Shown: positions 10,289 through 18,440 of the stretch, piece after piece | How the letters are laid out: the number at the start of each line of letters is the position of its first letter | Position numbering within the stretch: the stretch's first letter is position 1 | IMG/VR virus record: IMGVR_UViG_3300025030_000081 | Coordinates: 11,883 to 75,882 of that record | Reading direction: 5' to 3' (one strand) | Origin: a virus | DNA: 64,000 nt | Notes under the pieces: generated by a model | Databases searched by the model: none | The model's input: the letters and a program-made list of their open reading frames with translations, nothing else | What the model was told of the DNA's origin: nothing | Translations under genes and position numbers: made by a program

Positions 10289-10294
10289 AAGAGG

Positions 10295-11023
10295 TTAACG
10301 GTAGTAATCGTGGAGACGTTTTAACAGAAGTTCTGCGTCGTTGTCTATGAATGTTTCAGCTACGGACCACATACCCATGCTGCTCCGGATCCGGTGGTTG
10401 ACGGTGTCCTTGGTGATCTTGGTCTGGTAGACGTACTTGTAACCAAGCATGACATCCTCTTCGCTGATGTTCAGCAGCGGATTGGCGTAGTCCTTCAAAC
10501 CGGACAGGCTGACTTTGCGAGCAGTCACCACGGTGGAGAAGTACGCCTCCAGACCGTTGTTCTTCAGGGCGCCCTTGATCGGCACCTTGGTCTCCACGAC
10601 CATCTCGTTCTCGTTGAGGACGTTCAGGACGTGAGCGGTGAAGATGACGTTCTTCGTGGACTTGGCCACCTTGTCCTGCATGAGCTCTTTGAAGAACTGC
10701 TGGTAGTGCTGCCAGGCTTTCATGGTGTCGGCCGCTGTGAGGACGTACACGCTCTCGTACATGTCCATCAGGAAGGTGAGGCTGTCCACGACGATGGTGT
10801 GGATGCTTGGCATGTTCTCGGCTTCGTCGAACGCCTGAAAAACGATTTTCGGATCGGTGACCTTGATCTGTTTGAATTTAGAAGGAAAGGGGAGTTTCTT
10901 CCCCGCCTCACAATTCAGGTAGATCACCCCTTCCGGGTTGGGGAGATTGCGGAGCGAGGCTGATTTGCCTCCTCCGCTGGTGCCGCAGATGAGTACGAGA
11001 TTGTCGTTGCTGTCTTTTGCCAT
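10295..11023 (-). CDS. AAA_24/Sak4-like ATPase (N4 gp44-like)
   Basis: LVLICGTSGGGKS Walker A, IVVDSLT Walker B, VIFTAH. Confidence 0.85.
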   Translation of the reverse strand: MAKDSNDNLVLICGTSGGGKSASLRNLPNPEGVIYLNCEAGKKLPFPSKFKQIKVTDPKIVFQAFDEAENMPSIHTIVVDSLTFLMDMYESVYVLTAADTMKAWQHYQQFFKELMQDKVAKSTKNVIFTAHVLNVLNENEMVVETKVPIKGALKNNGLEAYFSTVVTARKVSLSGLKDYANPLLNISEEDVMLGYKYVYQTKITKDTVNHRIRSSMGMWSVAETFIDNDAELLLKRLHDYYR

Positions 11024-11033
11024 GTGGTCTTCC

Positions 11034-11312
11034 TTATGTGTCTTTGGTGATGATGCCTTTGTCGATCGCCATGCGAATTACGGTCTGGATGTCCCCCGGG
11101 TAGGCTGCGTAATCCGGCAAGTATCGCACGTCGAATGAGTAATCACCACCTTGATCAGGAAAGCCATACTCCTCAGTGGTAAACCAGCAGATTCTAGCTC
11201 CTTGGTTAACGTCATCATCTTTGTACGTATGGTAGATTTTTATTCCGGCATGCTCCATGAACAGTTCAGCCGGCACCGCCTCGCAACTTACAGGCATGTC
11301 AGTCTCCTTCAC
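11034..11312 (-). CDS. Hypothetical protein
   Basis: ORF in operon, coupled to neighbours. Confidence 0.55.
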   Translation of the reverse strand: MKETDMPVSCEAVPAELFMEHAGIKIYHTYKDDDVNQGARICWFTTEEYGFPDQGGDYSFDVRYLPDYAAYPGDIQTVIRMAIDKGIITKDT

Positions 11313-11514
11313 TCACTTTTGGTATTTTGCCACCCAAAGCCCTGAACTTGGCGTTGTTTGCCTGGTCCATGTACCCAAGGATGCGATACAACTCATCCAG
11401 CTTGTCTTTTGGTATCGGGATAGAGGTAGCTACCTTGATCAAACCACCGCTACCTTTAATCATTTTCTTACGCCAAGCCCAGGCTTGTTGAGCTTTTTGT
11501 AGAGGGGTCGCCAT
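11299..11514 (-). CDS. Hypothetical basic protein
   Basis: GGAGG RBS at end of primase gene. Confidence 0.55.
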   Translation of the reverse strand: MATPLQKAQQAWAWRKKMIKGSGGLIKVATSIPIPKDKLDELYRILGYMDQANNAKFRALGGKIPKVSEGD

Positions 11515-11516
11515 AG

Positions 11517-14500
11517 CTAGTCACCTCCGTTCTTGTAGTACTTCTTCTGCACGGTCTTACCGATGGTCTGTGCGATCTCGTCGCTGCTGAGCGGGTTCTC
11601 CAACTTCTCGTTCAAGCTGGCGATCTTCATGTCAATGTCCGCCAGGCTGTAGCCCGAGTCGACCAGCATCAGGCCGTACTTCAGGAGCTGGTTGTTGCGG
11701 TTGCCCCCGACGGTGTTAAGCATGAACCAGCGCTCGACGCCGCTCATGTTCTGGTGGTTCAGGACGAGCTCCTTGCGCTCGTCGTTCTTGCTGGTGCGCG
11801 GGATGAAGAGCAGGGCGTCCAGCATCTCCCCGCTGTTGGTGTGGATCTCCGTGCCGTCGTAGGTCGCCCATTTGCGGGCGCGCTGCCCGGTGTCCGTATC
11901 GCACTCGAAGGGGAGCCAGTCGAAGATGTTCCGCATGAACTCCTTGTAGTCCGTCTCGTTCAGCTTGAGGACGTAGTTCATCGGCATGACCAGCCGGAAG
12001 CGATGCTCCTGCGGGGTATGGCGTTTGGTGGTGTGGATCACGTAGGTGTAGTCCTTGAGCAGGATCTTCACCGTATCTATCTTTACCCCGCCGTCGACAT
12101 CCAGTACCAGCAGGTTGAAGCCGTTGACCATCTCCTCTTCCGCGCGCCGGCCGCTGATGGTGTGGTGACTGCACCAGTGGCGATCGGTCATTTTGAACAG
12201 CTCGGGGAGCTTGTCGAAGGGTGCCTGGACGTTCTCGTAACCGACTGCGAAGTCCTTGCTGTGGGACAGGTACATCTTATCCAGGCTGGTCGGCATGAGT
12301 GTTTCACCGGAGATGAATTCGATGTTGTTCTCGAACTTCCGCTTGATGATGACGGAATTCTTGTAGCCCCAGGCAATCGCCAGCTGCAGCAGATCCACCT
12401 TGAAAGCCTGGGATCCCTTGTAGAAGGGGAGGCTCTCGGTCAGATCGACATGGGTGGCTTCCCGGTTGATGCTGGCCAGGTACTTGGCCAGCTTCACGTA
12501 ATTCTTGTCCTGGTTCATCATCTGCTTAAAAGCCTTGCCGGATTCTTCGCACATGGCGATGGCATGGTACAGGTTGTCCTCGGTGATCTCGCCGTGGCCG
12601 TCGATGAAGGCAAGGCCGCCTGCCAGCTTCAGTGCCTTGAAGTAGCGGTGGGCCAGTTCAGCTTTGAGCATCTCCTCGTGGTCGCCCAGCTTGTCGGCGA
12701 TGTCCTCGCAATGGAGCTTGTACTCGATGAGCAGCAGGCTGACATCCTTGGATACCTGGATCTCCTTGCCGTAGTTGATCTCGGCGGCAAGTATGGCGAA
12801 CCGGTTGGAGAGCGAGACGATCAGGGCTTCCGCATTGGAGCTGGTGAGCTTGTCGTAGACGTCGGCAGCGGTCAGATGCTTGTTCCTGCCGGTCCCCTTG
12901 GTGTAGCCGAAGAAGCAGCGTCGGCCGTAACCCGTCTGGATAAAGGTCCAGAACTCGTCTTCGGTTTTGGCGCCGTCGAACAGTTTCGACGGGGTGCCGA
13001 ACAGCATCAGGTTGGTGGGGGTCTTACCCTCGATCTCCTCGGAGCGGACGTTCTCCTTGGTGTTCTTGGTCAGCTTCTGTTTGACCTTGCCCACGTCGAA
13101 GAGCTCCAGGAAAGTCCCCAGGACGTCGACGTTACCCAGCAGGTTGGAGCCGATCTCGTCGATCTCCAGGTTCATGGCGCCGATGCCTGCCATCAGGAGC
13201 TTGTGGCGCATCTGCTTGACCGCGGCAGTGGTACCCGAATCAAACGAGAAGGCCATTTTGCCCAGGCTTTCATACTCCTTCTGGACGTTGGCGTACATCT
13301 CGTCGAACTCGATCATCGGCGTGGTAAGGCTGGGATTCTGGTTGTGGATATTGGTTCGTTTTACCGCCAGTCCGCGGAGGTTCTTCTCGGCCAGCTGCGG
13401 CAGAGTCTCCTCAAAGAAGACCGTGCGGAACTTGCTGATGATGTGGTCCTCCAGGATATTGGTGCTGTGGCCCTTCGTTTGTGTTCAGGATGAGTCGTTA
13501 ATTCATCCCCGTCATTTTATGACTGCTCCACATCTCTGTGGAGACCAGACTATATCTTAAAGTCTTGTTTTGCATTTAATGCATCCAGATTGGTCAAAGG
13601 TTTGAAGATAGGATTGTTCTCTTGTTACTTCATTTCCACAAGAACAGCGTACATTAAAGTATTTTTTAGTCCCCCGATATTCAGCAAAACTCAGAATTGT
13701 CCAGTTATTGATTTGTGACCCAATCAACTTTTCAATTATGCTGTCTGCTTTAATACCGGAGATACCTCTTGTACGCCCACCTTTAGATTGTGCTGCATGC
13801 AACCTGCCCTGTTTCTGGGCATGGACCATGTTACCTGAATGTGTTGTCCACTCAAGGTTGTCTACACAATTATTGGTTGGATCGTTATCTTTATGGTTCA
13901 CTTGAGGCAACATTAATATATTGGGTATGAACGCTTGCCCTACTAACTGGTGTACCAAATACCGTTTAGTAGTGTGCCCTTTACACAATGTGACCCTATG
14001 GTAACCATTTTTGCCTACATCAGGTTTCAGCTGTTTTTCTGGATAGTATTGTTCTTTGCCATTCTTGTTGATAATAATCCTGGGCAAAGACTTAACATCA
14101 CCGAGTTTATTCACCTGATATAAGCCTTCGTAACCTTTTATATCTTGATACATCAAACACCCCTTTACCTCAAATTTTGCCTAACTTAGCATAGCTTTTG
14201 GTAAAGGACAATACTTTATTCCCATTTCGGATCACTTGATCCTACGCCTTGCGGCTAGTCGTTGAACCTTCTCCTGTACGGAGCTTGGCTGCTGATTGTC
14301 CATAGCTATTAAATTGTCAGGGGTCGCCAACTCATTTCTGGTTGGTATCCTATTAATAGATTAACTGGAGATCCCAGCAATTAAAGAATTTTTCCTTATG
14401 CACTCACATGCATAGGCGGCTAGATAGTACCAACCGATGCCACTGATCCCCAGGTTTATCCCGTAGAAGTTGATGGGGATGTCTCCCCGGTCTTTCGTCT

Positions 14501-14654
14501 TGATATGGACGCGCATGGTTGCCGCCATCTTGCAGACGTAGTAACAGACCATCATTCGGAAGAACTGAGGCAGGGAGTTCTGTGTCTTTTCACACAAGAG
14601 CTCCACTATCTGTTCTGTCGTCGGATGGAAGGTCAGCTTGCTGAGATCCCTCAT
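11517..14654 (-). CDS. DNA primase (N4 gp43-like), spliced: exon 1 14654-14433, exon 2 13475-11517; 726 aa
   Basis: Joining exons restores Walker A NLGISGIG|KGHS in frame; FSFDSGT, DEIGSNL, DVDGG, HRFRL and C-terminal GNRNNQL (PriCT-like) motifs. Confidence 0.9.
13476..14432 (-). mobile_element. Group I self-splicing intron (957 nt, IA2-like) carrying an HNH endonuclease gene
   Basis: Exon ends in U and intron ends in G; core elements AAUUGCUGGGA (P), AAUCAGCAG (Q), GUUCAACGACUA (R), AAGAUAUAGUCU (S); two short hairpins after R; ORF lies between R and S. Confidence 0.93.
13557..14156 (-). CDS. Intron-encoded NUMOD4-HNH homing endonuclease
   Basis: DIKGYEGLYQV (NUMOD4); VHQLV..AF, VNHKDNDPTNNCVDNLEW..H..N (HNH); AT-rich. 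Confidence 0.92.
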   Translation of the reverse strand: MMYQDIKGYEGLYQVNKLGDVKSLPRIIINKNGKEQYYPEKQLKPDVGKNGYHRVTLCKGHTTKRYLVHQLVGQAFIPNILMLPQVNHKDNDPTNNCVDNLEWTTHSGNMVHAQKQGRLHAAQSKGGRTRGISGIKADSIIEKLIGSQINNWTILSFAEYRGTKKYFNVRCSCGNEVTREQSYLQTFDQSGCIKCKTRL

Positions 14655-14850
14655 GATGCCTCTCCTTGGTGAATTGTTGGCGCTTGATGTCAAGCATTTC
14701 AGTGATCAGTAATCTAAAAGCGGCCTGCAGCCGTTCGGCAACTTCCTCGGCGTGGGCGTTCAAAGCATCAAGCGACGTCTGTTCTTCCGGTGTCAGGGTT
14801 TCTGAGTCGATGAAACGTGCCGTCAGATTGGTTTCCAGATGCAGGGACAT
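14590..14850 (-). CDS. Hypothetical protein
   Basis: ORF between exonuclease and primase; its 3' end overlaps the primase start. Confidence 0.5.
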   Translation of the reverse strand: MSLHLETNLTARFIDSETLTPEEQTSLDALNAHAEEVAERLQAAFRLLITEMLDIKRQQFTKERHHEGSQQADLPSDDRTDSGALV

Positions 14851-14851
14851 G

Positions 14852-15838
14852 TCACACCGCCAGTAGGCCGTCAGCTATCAGCTGCTGGGCCTGTGAGCAG
14901 ATGTTGATCGCCGCGCAGTAGTTGCAGGCTTTGGCCATCCCCGGGACGATGTCGATGCAACCGCTGCCCCCGTCCTTCAGGAGGCGGGTCTGAGCTTCGG
15001 CGAAGCTGTCGTAGTTCTTAGTGGAGCGATCCTTGGATGAGGGATCCCGGTAGTACTTGTACACCGCCGGATCCTGCCAGAGCTCCTCCCTGGTGCAAAG
15101 CGGCAGCTCCGCTTCGGTCTTGTTCACGTTGGCCCGGAGCACCCTGATCTGCCCGGAGATCCAGGCTTCGGTCTCCTTCAGGGACATCAGGGTGATGGGC
15201 ACGCTCAGCATGCGGGCGGGAGGATAACCCTTCTTGCTCTCGATCGTGGCGCGCAGTTTCGACCAGTCGGTGAAGGTGTAGTTGATCAGCATCCGGTCGC
15301 TGGTGATGATGTGCGGATTGAGCCAGCGGTAGATCGATCCCTGGATCCGGTACTTCGCGTTGTTGGTCTGCTTCATGTAGGAGAAGACGCCGGTGGTCTT
15401 GTGGTCCTCCAGCTCGCCGTCGCCGACAAAGTCGAACTTGCCCCGGATGATGAAACCGTCCAGCTCCTTCTCGGCGCGCTGTTCCAGGTAGACCGGGATG
15501 GTGTCGGGCTCGAGCTCCTCCGGCTTCGGATTGACCTTGATCCTCTGGATCAGCTTGTCGGAGTAGCCCAGCTTTCTGAGGGCCGGGATGTACCGCTGGT
15601 TACTCCAGCAGCGCTCGATGCCGTCATGGATGGCGCTGCCGAAGCTGGAGGCGACCAGGGAACTGATGTCGATCGTCATGTCGCTGGTCTGTGCGCGCTT
15701 GGACAGGATGACCTGACGCGGCGGCTTCAGGAGACCGGTAGCCGATATGGCGTTGGGGCGTGGGTCGTAGTCGTAGTCGTCGGTGGCAAGGAACACCGCC
15801 ATGGACAGGCCAATTTTCTGGTCGTTGGTCAGTTGCAT
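14852..15838 (-). CDS. PD-(D/E)xK exonuclease (N4 gp42-like)
   Basis: ISATGLLK, GKFDF..LEDHKTT, Q..IY; C-terminal CNYC..C. Confidence 0.85.
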   Translation of the reverse strand: MQLTNDQKIGLSMAVFLATDDYDYDPRPNAISATGLLKPPRQVILSKRAQTSDMTIDISSLVASSFGSAIHDGIERCWSNQRYIPALRKLGYSDKLIQRIKVNPKPEELEPDTIPVYLEQRAEKELDGFIIRGKFDFVGDGELEDHKTTGVFSYMKQTNNAKYRIQGSIYRWLNPHIITSDRMLINYTFTDWSKLRATIESKKGYPPARMLSVPITLMSLKETEAWISGQIRVLRANVNKTEAELPLCTREELWQDPAVYKYYRDPSSKDRSTKNYDSFAEAQTRLLKDGGSGCIDIVPGMAKACNYCAAINICSQAQQLIADGLLAV

Positions 15839-15859
15839 AAGAAGATCCTTTATATTGAA

Positions 15860-16039
15860 CTATTCATTTGTGCTCATTTGAACGCCGACAGCTCTCAACT
15901 CGGAGCGCAGCGTTTGCATTTCATCTGTGTCCATTATGACTTTACTCAAGGCACTCAAGTCACCACTTTCTTCAACTTCTTCAATAGCTTGGCACAAAAC
16001 CACGTACTCATCCCACAGTCTCTGTAGCAGGTCAGACAT
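15860..16039 (-). CDS. Small acidic helical protein
   Basis: AAGGAG RBS before ATG 16039. Confidence 0.6.
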   Translation of the reverse strand: MSDLLQRLWDEYVVLCQAIEEVEESGDLSALSKVIMDTDEMQTLRSELRAVGVQMSTNE

Positions 16040-16145
16040 TGTATTCTCCTTTTGGTGATAGAAAAACCACACCGGAGCACAGATGTGGGATTGTACGGCA
16101 ATGGCCGGAGGCCATGGAACTAGTCTTTATGTGTTCAGGTTGAAC

Positions 16146-16182
16146 AAGGGAAGAGGGCAATGCACACCCTCTTCCCCTTTTT
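16146..16182. terminator. Intrinsic terminator-like hairpin
   Basis: GGGAAGAGGG-N9-CCCTCTTCCC with flanking T tract. Confidence 0.65.
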
Positions 16183-16196
16183 ACTACCGGGTCAAC

Positions 16197-16286
16197 CTAG
16201 CACTTCTTGCCGCCCTTCATCGGCATGTCTTTCTTATCCATCGGCATGTCCTTCTTTACGCCTCCGGTCGGTTTTCCTTTCGGCAA
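16197..16286 (-). CDS. 29-aa Lys-rich peptide MPKGKPTGGVKKDMPMDKKDMPMKGGKKC (not in ORF track)
   Basis: GGAGGTGA RBS, TTG start, TAG stop, followed by terminator hairpin. Confidence 0.65.
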   Translation of the reverse strand: MPKGKPTGGVKKDMPMDKKDMPMKGGKKC

Positions 16287-16316
16287 CTGAATCACCTCCC
16301 CTTTAGTCAGGATTCC

Positions 16317-16865
16317 TTAGAGATTATTCTTCCTCGCCCATTCGGCGATCAGGGCCGCGTCCCCGTCCTTCTTGAAGGTGATCCCGGGGAAGAGCCTCTG
16401 AGCGGTCATCAGGGAGAGCTCCTTGGTCTCGGAGGCAAAGGCCGCGGTCAGCTTCTTGTGGGCTTTCTTCTCCTCATCGGTTGCCCCCTTGCCCAGACGT
16501 GCCACAGCCTTCCGGTTGGGGAGCATGGGAGTCTGCCACTCCTTGGAGTCGACATAGATCATCCTGGCTCCCAGCGCCTCGATGATTCCTCGGGTTACCT
16601 CATCGCACCGTATTGCCGATACAGAGGCTTTCCAGCGCCCGGGGTTGATCATGGGTCGCTCCAGGATAATGGTGGCTTCCCTGGCATAAGGTTGGAGCAG
16701 GTCGGCCAGCTCCTTGACGATGACCCTGGTGACGTATTCCTTTTCCTTGGTGTAGTTCAGGGTCTTCTGGACCGGGGTGGGGACATAGTGCAGACAGGTA
16801 CCGTGCTCATCGAGAACGCACACGCTCCCAGACACACCGTTGTCGATGCCGATAAAATACTTCAA
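16317..16865 (-). CDS. RuvC-like Holliday junction resolvase
   Basis: FIGIDNG, IILERP, KEWQ, DGDAALIAEW motifs. Confidence 0.85.
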   Translation of the reverse strand: MKYFIGIDNGVSGSVCVLDEHGTCLHYVPTPVQKTLNYTKEKEYVTRVIVKELADLLQPYAREATIILERPMINPGRWKASVSAIRCDEVTRGIIEALGARMIYVDSKEWQTPMLPNRKAVARLGKGATDEEKKAHKKLTAAFASETKELSLMTAQRLFPGITFKKDGDAALIAEWARKNNL

Positions 16866-16866
16866 G

Positions 16867-17034
16867 TTATACCCCTTGCAATTTTTTTACATTATTGATG
16901 CACTTGTTTAATTGGTCTTCAGTCATGTCTAACTCGTCAATTTTTTGGATTGTTTTTGCCACCTTTTCTTCGGGATAATCCAATAGAGAAAGTAGCAGAC
17001 GGATATCCTCTCTCTGCTTATCGGTGATAGGCAT
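16867..17034 (-). CDS. 55-aa protein, paralogue of 17036-17203
   Basis: MPITDKQR...DMTEDQLN..I..VK..QGV. Confidence 0.65.
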   Translation of the reverse strand: MPITDKQREDIRLLLSLLDYPEEKVAKTIQKIDELDMTEDQLNKCINNVKKLQGV

Positions 17035-17035
17035 A

Positions 17036-17203
17036 TTACACTCCGCGTACGTTTTTGAGTTTGTCGATGTACTCATTGAGCTGCTGTTCGGTAAGGTCAA
17101 TCCCGTGCAGCTCTTTGAGCTTCTTAAGGACGTCATCTGAACAGTAGGTGGTGTGGGCGAGGACGGATAGGAACTGCAGGCGTTGGGCTTCGGTGACGCT
17201 CAT
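17036..17203 (-). CDS. 55-aa protein, paralogue of 16867-17034
   Basis: MSVTEAQR...DLTEQQLN..I..LK..RGV; ATGA overlap with polymerase. Confidence 0.65.
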   Translation of the reverse strand: MSVTEAQRLQFLSVLAHTTYCSDDVLKKLKELHGIDLTEQQLNEYIDKLKNVRGV

Positions 17204-17925
17204 GGATCCTCCGGCAGCTTGCACAGTTCAATGATGTCATGGAGGCCCATGTCATTCTTCAGTGTAGTGGCTGTGGACCAGTCGGGGTAGTAGATGTCGA
17301 GATTCGCGCCCAGCTTGACGGTTGGGTGCTGCAGTTCTACCAGTTCGCACCATTTCATGCAAGCGATAAGATTGTCGTTGATCCATTTTGTTATCCCGGC
17401 CGTATTGCGCCAGAACACGTATATTGCATCGTGGATCTGGGCGCAGAGGAAGATGTCGTAGATGTACGGCGAGGCCCATACCCTCTCCCGGAATTCGTTG
17501 GCTGCCCGGGTGTTGAGGAGCCCGTACGACTGACCCAGCATATTGCCTGCTGTGCGTCCTTCGGCGGCCGCCTTGTAGTTGAGCTTGCCCGGGCCGTTCA
17601 GCTCGAGTAAAGGCGTCCTGAGGCGCAAGCCGAAGGCGCCCGTGACGTAGCCGTCGATGCATGCCTGCTGGAGCTTATCCGCTACCCACTGATCGGATAC
17701 CTTGTAGAGCTCATGGTAGTTAGATTCGATGGCCAACGCCGCGGTCTTGTCCAGGCCCAGGTTGTTCATCAGGCCGTGGAAGGTGCCCTGGTAGGTGAGG
17801 AGGAAGGTGGGCGCCTTGGAGTCCTGACGCTGTTTCGGGTAGAGCTTCTTGATGCTGTTGATGATGTCTGGTCGCAATCCATCATCAATTTCTTCAATAA
17901 TTTCATTACCGGCAAGTTGTAGCAT
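17200..17925 (-). CDS. Family A DNA polymerase, C-terminal fragment (motifs B and C)
   Basis: RQDSKAPTFLLTYQG (motif B), QIHDAIY (motif C); own AAGGA RBS. Confidence 0.9.
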   Translation of the reverse strand: MLQLAGNEIIEEIDDGLRPDIINSIKKLYPKQRQDSKAPTFLLTYQGTFHGLMNNLGLDKTAALAIESNYHELYKVSDQWVADKLQQACIDGYVTGAFGLRLRTPLLELNGPGKLNYKAAAEGRTAGNMLGQSYGLLNTRAANEFRERVWASPYIYDIFLCAQIHDAIYVFWRNTAGITKWINDNLIACMKWCELVELQHPTVKLGANLDIYYPDWSTATTLKNDMGLHDIIELCKLPEDP

Positions 17926-17939
17926 AATTGTCCTTGGAA

Positions 17940-18440
17940 CTAAGGTTGGGGCTGTAAATTTCTCCCGTGATTAGGATGGTATCCATACCGTATTTCTGCA
18001 CTTTTTCTGGCATCGATAGCCTCCTGCTTATCACTAAAACGACCCAAGGGTATGGGCCTAGATTCATGCCAAATCATTGCTACCCATTTGTTACGAGTAA
18101 CTGACCAAGATACACCTACAACCCCTGATTTATTATTTTTTTGAATAGTACAGTTGCGATTGTTGTCTGTCATGGAAGCATCAAACAGATTTCCCCATTT
18201 ATTATTTAATCTGTTATGATCATCGTGGTCCACATATCTGGGCAATACTCCAGTTTTCATCAAGTAAATGGCTCGATGTGTTTTTAAAACTTTGCCTTTA
18301 AAACCGAAGTATCTGTATCCATCAGAACTGACATAGCCAGCTTCTTCTCCGATTTTACATTTACCTGATTGTTTTTTCCAGATGAGCTTTCCTGTTATTT
18401 CATCGTAATGAAAGTACTCATGTAACTCGGTGCTTGTCAT
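17940..18440 (-). CDS. Free-standing HNH-AP2 homing endonuclease splitting the DNA polymerase
   Basis: HRAIY..VDHDDHNRLNNKWGNL; NKSGVVGV..W.A.I...LGRF AP2-like domain; GGAG RBS at ATG 18440; AT-rich. Confidence 0.9.
   Translation of the reverse strand: MTSTELHEYFHYDEITGKLIWKKQSGKCKIGEEAGYVSSDGYRYFGFKGKVLKTHRAIYLMKTGVLPRYVDHDDHNRLNNKWGNLFDASMTDNNRNCTIQKNNKSGVVGVSWSVTRNKWVAMIWHESRPIPLGRFSDKQEAIDARKSAEIRYGYHPNHGRNLQPQP

Noticed and set aside
11754-13493. Long plus-strand ORFs antisense to core genes (also 19081-20442, 25970-27040, 28391-29416) and minus-strand ORFs such as 53104-55008 and 50524-51837
   Set aside because: Shadow ORFs caused by codon bias of the real genes on the opposite strand; no motifs or RBS
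16060-16130. c-di-GMP-I (GEMM) riboswitch suggested by GCCUCCGGC on the minus strand
   Set aside because: The upstream GGCAAAC/GNRA P1 elements are absent
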